Source: Spirochaetia bacterium (GTDB lineage Bacteria > Spirochaetota > Spirochaetia > WTKD01 > G963693115). Taken from it: a stretch of DNA of 64,000 nt. Shown here one piece after another: positions 31,284 to 40,553 of the stretch (within the stretch, counting starts at the first letter, position 1; each line of letters begins with the position of its first letter). The stretch spans positions 1-64,000 of the forward strand of contig CBDDCA010000004.1 of the NCBI GenBank assembly GCA_965226055.1. The letters run 5' to 3'. A program made the position numbers and the translations under genes. The notes under the pieces are model-generated. The model did not search any database and was not told the origin of the DNA. It was given only the letters and a program-made list of their open reading frames with translations.

Positions 31284-32271
31284 TGTAAGCGGTTACTGAA
31301 TAGTGGAGTATATCGGTATTTTTATTTGAAAGGGCAAAAAATACTCTTCCTTTTTGTATTGCATCTCTTAAAGAATTATTATTAAGTATAGTAAGCGTAT
31401 CAGTTTTAGATATTATTATATCTCCTCTTTGTTCATTATTTATTGTTTGAGGGATAACAATATACGGGTTGTTTCCTATCTCTATTGTCGAGATATCTTC
31501 AATATCAAAATAGAAATAAGTACGTTGAAACGATTGCGGAGCATCTTTCTTATAATATTCTGGGGTATATATCAGTGAACCATCCCAGCCATATACCTGT
31601 GGTAATAATTTAGGCGTAAAGCGTATAAGTGTATTTTTATCGGTTATAGTGGCAATATCATTTTCAGTAGAAAAAATAATGGAGCTATACTGAATATCAT
31701 TTTTATATTCAATACTGATAGTAGAAGGAATTTCACGCTCGTTATATTGAGGAAGAATAAATTGATATATAGCTGGAAGTAGCTCTGTAGTATAAATAAT
31801 GTTTATACTGAAAATGTTTTTATCAGGAAGATATTGCTGTAATAGAGAATTGTTGAGTAATTGTGTAAATACTTCTGAACTAAGAGAGAATGTATCTATT
31901 GTTTCTAATAAGGTGACATTGCTCATGGAGGGGATGTTTTTAATACAGTAGGTGAGGATGGATGGAAATATTGTTTTTATATGATCTAAGGCTCTTGTAG
32001 GCATAATGTATGGAGAACCACTTTGTGGCCATGTTACTTTTATTGTTGAGGTAATGATAAATGTTGTCCAATCTATGGTTGAGTGGATAGAATCAATAAC
32101 AATGGAATGAGGGTTAGTAGTATTCCATGTTTCAACTTGTGCTTCAAGTGTTTGTGCATGTAATGTGAGAGAAAATTGAGTGCCTATAAAGAGCAAAATG
32201 TACAAGCACAGCATACAATGTTGAGATATGATTCTGTACATATGTCTATAACGATGGAATATAGCGTTCAT
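31267..32271 (-). CDS. Hypothetical secreted protein
   Basis: Signal-like N-terminus; GNNPY...GDIIIS...GRV C-terminus; operonic overlap. Confidence 0.6.
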   Translation of the reverse strand: MNAIFHRYRHMYRIISQHCMLCLYILLFIGTQFSLTLHAQTLEAQVETWNTTNPHSIVIDSIHSTIDWTTFIITSTIKVTWPQSGSPYIMPTRALDHIKTIFPSILTYCIKNIPSMSNVTLLETIDTFSLSSEVFTQLLNNSLLQQYLPDKNIFSINIIYTTELLPAIYQFILPQYNEREIPSTISIEYKNDIQYSSIIFSTENDIATITDKNTLIRFTPKLLPQVYGWDGSLIYTPEYYKKDAPQSFQRTYFYFDIEDISTIEIGNNPYIVIPQTINNEQRGDIIISKTDTLTILNNNSLRDAIQKGRVFFALSNKNTDILHYSVTAYNDTTQ

Positions 32272-33436
32272 TGCCTACTCCAAAATAAATTCCTACCCAT
32301 TCCCATTTTCCGTTAATATCAGGGCGATCAGGTAATGCTATTTTTTTTATAACAAAATACCAAACAGGGACTCGTCCCCATCCACTTGTTTTCCATAACT
32401 TAGTATTTTCGGTAGAGTAAGGGCTGAAATTTTTAGCTACAGAAATATTTGAGCGTGTCAATATAGGTTTAATATCAAAGTTAGGAATAAATGTATTAGA
32501 ATCAGTAAGTTTTTCAAACCAATGTGCAGTAAAAAATATAGGGGATTGTAGACGTTTAATTTGTACACTATTGTATGAGTATAATGTTTGAAGTATTGAC
32601 GTACGGGCAGCACTTGCGTTTTCCCAAGTGGTGCTGTTTTTCTGTCTTGAAAGCACTCTTCTTCGTATGCGCAGAAAAATGTCTTCTCTCATTTCTTTTG
32701 CTTCAAGTATGAGATTATTTTCGTCATAGGAGAGATAGTTTTGATATGCTGTATATGCTTTGTTCCATTGTGCTGTGTCATCATAGTGTTTTCCAAGAAA
32801 ATAATAGATATTCCCTTTATTTGGAATTCTATTATTGAAATGCTGTAAAAGAAGGGTTATTGTGGTAATATATGTATAAGGATCTTGTTCAATAGCACTT
32901 AATTGTGTAAGACTATTGTATAGAATGTTTTGCATTTTTTTTGATGATGAAGTTTTGAGCAAATCATAATTATGTATGATATCGTTAAGGTAGAATTGTG
33001 CATAGGAAGTATTATGTAATGCTAAAAATTCTAAGCCAAGAAGGTATTTGTAATACATCATCAAGGATAGTAGAGTATTGTTATTTTGCATTGTACGTTG
33101 AGCGTGGTGTATATGGTTCTGGAGTAGCTGAATAAAGGTATGAGAATCAGCAGTATCTTGTTTTTCATATATATTTGATGCTATTTTTTCTATAAGATAC
33201 ATAGAAATTATTTCATTGTTCTTATGCTTTTGATATGAGTGATAAAAGAAATCTTTTGTATTAAGAGTATGTGTCTTAAAATATATACCTGTTATAAAGA
33301 TAGCAAGAGGGATAAGCAAGGACAGTATGCTTATCCATATGAATACATATCTCTTCTTATTTGTAGCTTTGTTCTCTTGTATTGCAGTAGAGGAGGGGAG
33401 TACAGGGGGTTTACTTTTTTTAGCGGTGATGCTCAT
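32246..33436 (-). CDS. Membrane-anchored TPR protein
   Basis: TM helix, TPR-like YYFLGKHY...AYTAYQNYL, C-terminal WEWVGIYFG; start moved to MSIT. Confidence 0.7.
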   Translation of the reverse strand: MSITAKKSKPPVLPSSTAIQENKATNKKRYVFIWISILSLLIPLAIFITGIYFKTHTLNTKDFFYHSYQKHKNNEIISMYLIEKIASNIYEKQDTADSHTFIQLLQNHIHHAQRTMQNNNTLLSLMMYYKYLLGLEFLALHNTSYAQFYLNDIIHNYDLLKTSSSKKMQNILYNSLTQLSAIEQDPYTYITTITLLLQHFNNRIPNKGNIYYFLGKHYDDTAQWNKAYTAYQNYLSYDENNLILEAKEMREDIFLRIRRRVLSRQKNSTTWENASAARTSILQTLYSYNSVQIKRLQSPIFFTAHWFEKLTDSNTFIPNFDIKPILTRSNISVAKNFSPYSTENTKLWKTSGWGRVPVWYFVIKKIALPDRPDINGKWEWVGIYFGVGNERYIPSL

Positions 33437-33636
33437 AATGGTATAGTATAACAAGTTATTTTATATAACTTATGTACTATTATAGTACACTTATGAGTCA
33501 AAAGTAAGAATATTGCCTTATTTTTTACATTAGTATTCTCTTTCTCCTGTAGATATGTAGTGGGTATTTGTGCAAATTTTGTAGTATATAGTCCGTTCTA
33601 TTTTTGAATATAGATATAGTAACCTGTATGTAAAGT

Positions 33637-33885
33637 ATGTCAGATGTGAACGAATTGTTTGGAAATGCTATACGAACTTTACGGAAGCGAAGCGGTTTAT
33701 CACAGGATACGCTTGCTCATAGGGCAGAAATAGATAGAACTTATATGTCTTCTATTGAAAGAGGAAAAAAGAATCCTACTATCAAAGTGATTTATAAGTT
33801 ATCTGTAGGATTAGGCATTACGGTATCTGATATAGTAAATGAATTTGAGAAAAATATACCGAATGATGAATCATCAAATGATTAG
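33637..33885 (+). CDS. XRE-family HTH regulator (RM controller C-protein-like)
   Basis: LSQDTLAHRAEIDRTYMSSIERGKKNPTI. Confidence 0.88.
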   Translation: MSDVNELFGNAIRTLRKRSGLSQDTLAHRAEIDRTYMSSIERGKKNPTIKVIYKLSVGLGITVSDIVNEFEKNIPNDESSND

Positions 33886-34083
33886 TTTTATTATAGTGTA
33901 TATTATTCAAAAAATCAGATGTGTAGAGGTTGAGGTAATGTAATCATATATATTATAATGAATGTATAGTTATTGTATTGTATTACAATACTGTCAACTA
34001 TATTGGTGATGTGTTAAGGGAGAGGCAAGACACACAATAATTTTTTTATTTTTGCTATTGCAAAAGATACCGATTTTATTATT

Positions 34084-34752
34084 ATGGAAACAGAAATAAC
34101 AATCAATGATTTATCCACAGCTATAAATGAGATAAGAGATCGTTTACCTAATAATCAAGGTTGGTCTACACCTAGCGTGATAATATTTACAATTATTGGT
34201 ATTTTGATAGCATTGTTTATATTTTTTGTCTTGTCTGAAATTTTTCAGATTAAAAAAAGAATGAAGGATATTGAAGTAAATATAAAAAACATTTCTATTG
34301 ATACATCAAATCTGGACTTTATTAAAAAATTTATTAGTTTGTTTTTTAAGAATGATGGAGTTGATTTAACTACTATTAGTAGTCCAATTACATTAAACGA
34401 GAGAGGGAAGGATCTCTCAAGAAAAATACAAGCTGATGCTATAATAGGAAGAAATTATGAATCTTTCAAAAAAAATGTATGTAAAGAGGAATCAATAAAT
34501 GCTTATGACATACAACAAAATTGTTTTGATTTTTCAAGAGAAATTATAAAAGAAAAACAGTATTTTGAAGTGGATGAATACGAGAATATGAAATCTATCG
34601 CTTTTGATGAAGGTATTACGATAGAAAGCATGTATATTATCTTTGGTATATTATTAAGGGATAGAATATTAGAAGAAATGCAATTACCTCATGATGATAT
34701 TGATAAACATGATCTCAGTACAACAAACAGCACAACAAATCAAGAAGAATAA
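34084..34752 (+). CDS. Hypothetical single-TM protein
   Basis: AT-rich 222-aa ORF with one TM helix; SSPITLNERG motif. Confidence 0.65.
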   Translation: METEITINDLSTAINEIRDRLPNNQGWSTPSVIIFTIIGILIALFIFFVLSEIFQIKKRMKDIEVNIKNISIDTSNLDFIKKFISLFFKNDGVDLTTISSPITLNERGKDLSRKIQADAIIGRNYESFKKNVCKEESINAYDIQQNCFDFSREIIKEKQYFEVDEYENMKSIAFDEGITIESMYIIFGILLRDRILEEMQLPHDDIDKHDLSTTNSTTNQEE

Positions 34753-34876
34753 ATGAAAGTTTGTATCACTAAAAACAATAGATAAGTCAGTACACCCCGT
34801 ATAACCCATTAAGTGAACACTCCGAAAAGTATTGTATATAGGACTATTGATTTACTTATGTTCTATTTCTGTTCTA

Positions 34877-35827
34877 CTATCGTTTTTCTTTGTCGTAAGG
34901 AATAGCAAGTGCTTTTGGGGCATTGTTGTTTTTGCTAAATAGTACTAACGCTACAATAGTGAGTATATACGGTAATGTCTTAAAAATTTCTTTAGGAATA
35001 AAGCTGAGGGCAGGAACGCTCGTAGAGTAGATTGCTGTTACTTGTAAAAAACCAAAGAGAAGTCCTGCTCCGAGCACTCCTAATGCTCGCCATTTTCCAA
35101 ATATCATAGTAGCTAATGCAATAAACCCTGTTCCATGAATACTGAGTACTGTGTATTGAGTGTCTTGTGTAAGCACCATAACACCACCAGCTAATCCTGC
35201 AAGAAACCCTGAGCTAAGTACAGAAAAAAATCGAATTGTGTACACACTTACTCCTGCACTCTCTAAGGCTCCGGGATGTTCTCCTGCAGCTTTTAATCGT
35301 AGTCCTATGACTGTTTTGTTGATAATAAACCAAACAAGAGCAACAAGTATGAGAGCAACATATACTGAGCTATAGATATTACTAAAAAATATTGGTCCAA
35401 TAATAGGAATATCTGATAATATAGGGAATGTAGATTTTACAAACCCACGAGTAAAATTTTCTGTTCTTTGTTGATTAAATATAATCTGACAAAAATAAAT
35501 AGTGACTCCAGTTGCTAAAAAGTTGATGCCAGCTCCTGATACTATTTGGTCTCCTTTTAATTGTATGCTTATGAAGGCATGTATCGCTGAGAAAAGCATA
35601 CCAATAATAGCTCCCAGAATAATAGAAATCCATGGAGCAAGTGTAGGAATGTTTTGTTCTAAAAAAACTACAGTAGTAGCAGCCGTGAATCCCCCTAGCA
35701 TCATAAGTCCTTCTAGTGCTATATTTGTTACTCCACTGCGTTCAGTAATGAGTCCTCCTAATCCAGCAATAATGATAGGAGCCGAAAGTATAAGAGTAAG
35801 GGTGAGTATAGCATATATGACTGTCAT
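34877..35827 (-). CDS. Nucleoside ABC transporter permease
   Basis: ERSGVTNIALEG, GEHP, FGKW, LPY. Confidence 0.9.
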   Translation of the reverse strand: MTVIYAILTLTLILSAPIIIAGLGGLITERSGVTNIALEGLMMLGGFTAATTVVFLEQNIPTLAPWISIILGAIIGMLFSAIHAFISIQLKGDQIVSGAGINFLATGVTIYFCQIIFNQQRTENFTRGFVKSTFPILSDIPIIGPIFFSNIYSSVYVALILVALVWFIINKTVIGLRLKAAGEHPGALESAGVSVYTIRFFSVLSSGFLAGLAGGVMVLTQDTQYTVLSIHGTGFIALATMIFGKWRALGVLGAGLLFGFLQVTAIYSTSVPALSFIPKEIFKTLPYILTIVALVLFSKNNNAPKALAIPYDKEKR

Positions 35828-37014
35828 TGAGATTCCTCCTTTTCGTTATGTATGGTAGGAGAGGGATCGTGTTCATTTTGAGTTTGTTTTTTCTGTCCAT
35901 GCTTTCTTTTTTGTAAATAGTGCAAAAACATACGAATGCCATGTTGCATAGCTACTATGATAATTATTGTAGCAATTATTATGGTGATAATATCGCGTGG
36001 TATTTTACGCGTTTGCATAATAGGTTGTGCTGATTTTAATGATCCAAACAATAACCCAGCTAGCAGCACTCCTATAGCAGCATTATTGCCTATGAGAGCA
36101 ACCCCAATTCCGTCAAAGCCATAGTTTTCAAAGCCAGCAAGCACACGACCGTAGCTAAAAGTGCCAATGGAGATTACTACTCCTGCTAGTCCTGCAAAAG
36201 CACCGGATATCATCATAGACAAGACAATATTAGTATTGACTTTAATGCCAGCAAGATGTGCAGCTTTTTGGTTGTAGCCTGTAGCTTTTAATTCATATCC
36301 AAACGTAGTTTTGTTGATAATAATCCAAAATGCTATAATAGCGAGTATCACTACAATAAGTCCCCAGTGTAAACGGGAATTACGGGTAAGAGAAGAAAGA
36401 AAATCACTGTGTAATAATGCTGATTCTGGCAAAGGGTTTGTTTTTACCATGCTGTTTCTGGGGAGCTGTAAGTAACCAAAATTGGTAAAATACAAAGCAA
36501 CATAGTTTAGCATAATGGTAACTACTACCTCGTGAATATTAAATTTTGCTTTTAATATTCCGGGAATGGCTCCCCACAATGCTCCTGTAATGAGACCTGC
36601 AATAATTACCATAGGAAGAAGGAGTATTTTTGGAAGTTCAGGAAACAGTAAGCCTGTGCTTACGGCTGCCCAACTTCCCATCATAAGCTGTCCTTCTGCT
36701 CCAATATTAAACAATCCTACCCGTAGTGCAAAGGCTACTGATAATCCAGTTAAAATAATTGGCATGACATACACAAAATATTCACCAATATAACGTGAAT
36801 TAAAGAAATTTTTGCTTGAGTTAGACTGTAGATTTATCCCAAATGTTCCGCGTAATATGGCAATAAAGAGATCTATAGGATTGTATCCTGTGATGATCAT
36901 AAGAAAGACACCACTTAACAGTCCACAGAGTACTGCTATTATTGGGATGGATATTTTTTGTTTTGCAAGTAAACGTTTTGCTATTGAAGCTGTCAATGGT
37001 ATTTTTTCTTTCAA
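35824..37014 (-). CDS. Nucleoside ABC transporter permease
   Basis: GLFNIGAEGQ, HEVVVTIMLNY, GFDGI. Confidence 0.9.
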   Translation of the reverse strand: MKEKIPLTASIAKRLLAKQKISIPIIAVLCGLLSGVFLMIITGYNPIDLFIAILRGTFGINLQSNSSKNFFNSRYIGEYFVYVMPIILTGLSVAFALRVGLFNIGAEGQLMMGSWAAVSTGLLFPELPKILLLPMVIIAGLITGALWGAIPGILKAKFNIHEVVVTIMLNYVALYFTNFGYLQLPRNSMVKTNPLPESALLHSDFLSSLTRNSRLHWGLIVVILAIIAFWIIINKTTFGYELKATGYNQKAAHLAGIKVNTNIVLSMMISGAFAGLAGVVISIGTFSYGRVLAGFENYGFDGIGVALIGNNAAIGVLLAGLLFGSLKSAQPIMQTRKIPRDIITIIIATIIIIVAMQHGIRMFLHYLQKRKHGQKKQTQNEHDPSPTIHNEKEESQ

Positions 37015-37030
37015 TGGTGTTGCCTTTTCA

Positions 37031-38596
37031 TTATTTTTTATTTTTTCCTATCATCATAAGTCCTATTTCTATTGGATCTATATTTTCAGAAGAAAGAATA
37101 TTTACTATACTTCCATTATACATAACTGCAATTCTATCAGAGAGTTTAGTTATTTCATCTAACTCCATAGAGATAAGAAGTATTGCCTTACCTTTGTTTC
37201 TTTCTTCAATGAGTCTGCTATGAATATATTCAATAGCACCAACATCAAGTCCACGTGTTGGCTGTACCACTAACAGTAGCTTTGGTGAATAATCTATCTC
37301 ACGAGCTATAATTGCTTTTTGTTGGTTTCCGCCTGACATATCTGATACGATACTATTTCGTCCTTGCCCAGAACGTATATCAAAATCTTGAATAAGTGTA
37401 TCTGCCAATGCATGGATAGCATTAAAGTTGAGTATGCTGTATTTAGAGTAGGGGGCTGTACGATATTTTTTTAGAATAATATTTTCGGACAGTGTAAAGT
37501 GAGGAATAAGTCCGTCTTTTTGGCGATCTTCAGGAATAATGCCTATACCTTGTTGTATACGTTCATAAATATTTGTGTGTTCTATACTGATCTCATCAAG
37601 TAGTATCTCACCATTTTCTATTTTTCGAGTGCCTACTAATGTTTCAAACAATTCAATTTGTCCATTTCCTTCGACTCCTGCTATTCCTAAAATTTCCCCT
37701 TTCTTTACTTCTAAAGATACCGAATGTACAACTGTTTTATTATTCTTTTTTGCACTTAGATTTTGTATCTTTAGTACAGTGTTGCTATCTGGTATATTGC
37801 TCTTTTGTATGCCCTGTGATAAACTGCGTCCTACCATCATTTCTGCAAGCTGTTGCTCGCTTGTATCTTTTACATTGACAGTTCCTATGTATTTTCCTCT
37901 GCGTAATATTGTACAATGTGCTGCTACCTGTTTTATTTCCTTGAGTTTATGTGTAATAAGGATAATAGATTTTCCTTCTTGTATCAATGATTGCATAATA
38001 TTCATAAGCTCTTCAATTTCACTGGGAACAAGAACAGCAGTAGGCTCATCAAATATCATAACTTCTGCATTACGGTACAGCATTTTTAATATTTCAACTC
38101 TTTGTTGCATACTTACTGGTATATCCTTTATGAGAGCGTGTGGATCAATACTGAGATTATAGGTCTCTGATATTTCTTCAATTCTTTTTGTCGTTTCTTT
38201 TAGAAAAAGTCTATTGAACGATTTTTTTGGCTCAATGCCAAGTATGATATTTTCTGCTACTGTAAATGTATCAATAAGCTGAAAATGCTGATGTACCATG
38301 CCAATGCCTAGTTTGTTTGCTATCAATGGATTACTAATGGTAACTTTTTCTCCACGAAGGTATATCTCTCCTTCTTCGGGACTGAGGAGTCCAAACAGAA
38401 TGCTCATGAGAGTACTTTTTCCCGATCCGTTTTCTCCTAAAAGAGCATGGATGCTATTTTTTTCTACTTGTAAAGAAACTCCATCATTTGCAACGATACC
38501 GGGAAAGCTTTTACGAATTCCTAGCATTTTTACTATGTATGTATCGTGATTATGAGAATCTGATTGCGATGTAACATTTTTTTTGTTTACAAGCAT
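37031..38596 (-). CDS. Nucleoside ABC transporter ATP-binding protein
   Basis: GENGSGKST, GMVHQHF, SGGNQQK, QPTRGLD. Confidence 0.92.
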   Translation of the reverse strand: MLVNKKNVTSQSDSHNHDTYIVKMLGIRKSFPGIVANDGVSLQVEKNSIHALLGENGSGKSTLMSILFGLLSPEEGEIYLRGEKVTISNPLIANKLGIGMVHQHFQLIDTFTVAENIILGIEPKKSFNRLFLKETTKRIEEISETYNLSIDPHALIKDIPVSMQQRVEILKMLYRNAEVMIFDEPTAVLVPSEIEELMNIMQSLIQEGKSIILITHKLKEIKQVAAHCTILRRGKYIGTVNVKDTSEQQLAEMMVGRSLSQGIQKSNIPDSNTVLKIQNLSAKKNNKTVVHSVSLEVKKGEILGIAGVEGNGQIELFETLVGTRKIENGEILLDEISIEHTNIYERIQQGIGIIPEDRQKDGLIPHFTLSENIILKKYRTAPYSKYSILNFNAIHALADTLIQDFDIRSGQGRNSIVSDMSGGNQQKAIIAREIDYSPKLLLVVQPTRGLDVGAIEYIHSRLIEERNKGKAILLISMELDEITKLSDRIAVMYNGSIVNILSSENIDPIEIGLMMIGKNKK

Positions 38597-38768
38597 ACCT
38601 CTATCGCCACTTCTATTACTAGAATAGCATATATTAATCTATTTTGTTTTTAAATACTATTGTTATAGGAAACTAGAAATTCTCTTCTGCTTGCTATAAA
38701 TAAAAAAATACGCTCTATAAATTATATTGTACAAAGACAAAAAATATAAAATATGTTATTATAAAACT

Positions 38769-38921
38769 ATGAGTAATAAAACAAGCAAAGATAGTTATTC
38801 AGAGAAAAAAAATGCGTCTAGTAGTAACACATCATCGTTTGATGTTAGTAAATACATGATAGCACAAGAAAGTGTAGAACTATTTCGCAAAAACAGTAAA
38901 GGGCAAAAAGGCAAGAAATAG
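38769..38921 (+). CDS. Small basic hypothetical protein (50 aa)
   Basis: TGtTATTAT-N6-ATG leaderless-type start. Confidence 0.4.
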   Translation: MSNKTSKDSYSEKKNASSSNTSSFDVSKYMIAQESVELFRKNSKGQKGKK

Positions 38922-38945
38922 AATAAAAATTTACTAACAGGATAA

Positions 38946-39216
38946 CTATAAAAAAGTATCAGTAATACTATTGCTAGTGTAGAATATATTGTCAGACTCC
39001 ATCTGCTGTATTATAGATAATATTCCCTGTATCATAGGCATGATTGCCACTATTAGTATTATACACCCTGTTAATAATACTGTAGCTTTTGAACTATTTT
39101 TATCTGATATTGTTCTGATATTATTATTAAGATTTATTGCATTCTCATAAATAAATTCTAGCATTTTAGGATCTTTTTCTAAGAGTTTCTCATCTATGTT
39201 TAGTTTTTTCTTCCAT
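38946..39216 (-). pseudogene. Frameshifted, truncated membrane protein remnant
   Basis: TGtTATAAT-N6-ATG at 39216; an extra A in an A6 run separates MEEK from LNIDEKLLEKDPKMLEF...KATVLL-TM. Confidence 0.5.
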
Positions 39217-39345
39217 AGGTAGATTATAACAAAAACAAAGCAAATAGTAGATATTATAGGATATACAAATGGAAATTCTCTTTGCTTGCTATAAATAAAA
39301 AAAGTGATATAATAAAAATAAATTGTTCAATATATAGGAGGTTAT

Positions 39346-40404
39346 ATGAGAACATTATTTTCATTTATTGTGATAGTGAGTATACTGCCATCACTTGCAT
39401 TTGCTGGAGGTGATAATGAAGGTGCTTCTACAGCAAGCTATAGTATAGGACTTGTTACTGATATTGGTGGTATAGATGATAAGTCTTTTAATCAAAGTAC
39501 ATGGGAAGGAATTCTTCGCTTTGAGAAAGATTTCTCAAGTCAAGGGGGACTCAATGTTACTTATTTACAATCAGAGTCTGATGCTGATTATATTCCAAAC
39601 TTAAGTACATTAGCAGATGAAGGGTATCAGCTTATTGTCGCACCAGGGTTTCTTTTTATAGATTCTATTGCTGAGGTGTCACGTAATTATCCTGATACTC
39701 ATTTTCTTATTATTGACTCTGTTGTGGGAGAGAGAGAAAATGTCGCGAGTGCAGTATTTTCCGAACATGAAGGCTCTTTTCTTGTAGGGGTAGCAGCTGC
39801 AATACAAGCAAAGAAAGATGGAGCTAAGAAAGTTGGTTTTATTGGAGGTATTGATTTTGATGTTATTCAACGTTTTGAATCAGGGTTTGAAGCAGGCGTA
39901 GCGGCAGTAGACAGTAGTATTGCAGTAGTGGTAGAATACGCAGGTGATTTTGCAAACCCTCAAATAGGACAAACCATCGCTACAAAAATGTATGATAGTG
40001 GTATTTCTGTTATTTTTCATGCTGCTGGAGGAACAGGAAATGGTATTATCAAAGAAGCAAAAGACAGAGCAATACAAAACAATAAAGTTGTTGCATGGGT
40101 CATAGGGGTAGATAGAGACCAATATGAAGAAGGTATTTTCAATACTGCAAGCAAACAATCAGTGATTCTCACTTCAATGCTCAAGCGTGTAGATGTTGCT
40201 GCATATTCGGTGTCAAAGCAAGAAACAGAAGGAAACTTTCCTGGACAAGAAGTGTTATACTTTGATTTATCGCAGGATGGTGTTGGTATTCCAGCAAAAA
40301 ATCCAAATTTAGACAATGACACACTCATGATAATAGATGAATGGAAACAAAAAATAATAGACGGAAGCCATACAGTTCCTAATACCCCAACACGTTTACA
40401 ATAA
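39346..40404 (+). CDS. BMP family nucleoside-binding protein
   Basis: DIGGIDDKSFNQ, AAGGTG, IGVDRDQ, TSMLKRVD; AGGAGG RBS. Confidence 0.93.
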   Translation: MRTLFSFIVIVSILPSLAFAGGDNEGASTASYSIGLVTDIGGIDDKSFNQSTWEGILRFEKDFSSQGGLNVTYLQSESDADYIPNLSTLADEGYQLIVAPGFLFIDSIAEVSRNYPDTHFLIIDSVVGERENVASAVFSEHEGSFLVGVAAAIQAKKDGAKKVGFIGGIDFDVIQRFESGFEAGVAAVDSSIAVVVEYAGDFANPQIGQTIATKMYDSGISVIFHAAGGTGNGIIKEAKDRAIQNNKVVAWVIGVDRDQYEEGIFNTASKQSVILTSMLKRVDVAAYSVSKQETEGNFPGQEVLYFDLSQDGVGIPAKNPNLDNDTLMIIDEWKQKIIDGSHTVPNTPTRLQ

Positions 40405-40410
40405 TACTAT

Positions 40411-40446
40411 AAGTATACAAGGCATGAATTACTGCCTTGTATACTT
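40411..40446 (+). terminator. Hairpin after the BMP gene
   Basis: aagtatacaaggca-N8-tgccttgtatactt. Confidence 0.7.
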
Positions 40447-40553
40447 CTCTCAATACTAAACTATATGTCTGCTGCTTTTTTCTCTTTTGTTGTATGTAAT
40501 GCTTGAATCTGCATTACAGATATAGAAATTAAATATTTGGCATAATAGAGATT

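Larger units (their letters stand above)
38676..39303. repeat. ~33-bp direct repeat (38676-38708 and 39272-39303) flanking a ~560-bp insert
   Basis: gaaattctctt(c)tgcttgctataaataaaaaaa present twice. Confidence 0.85.
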
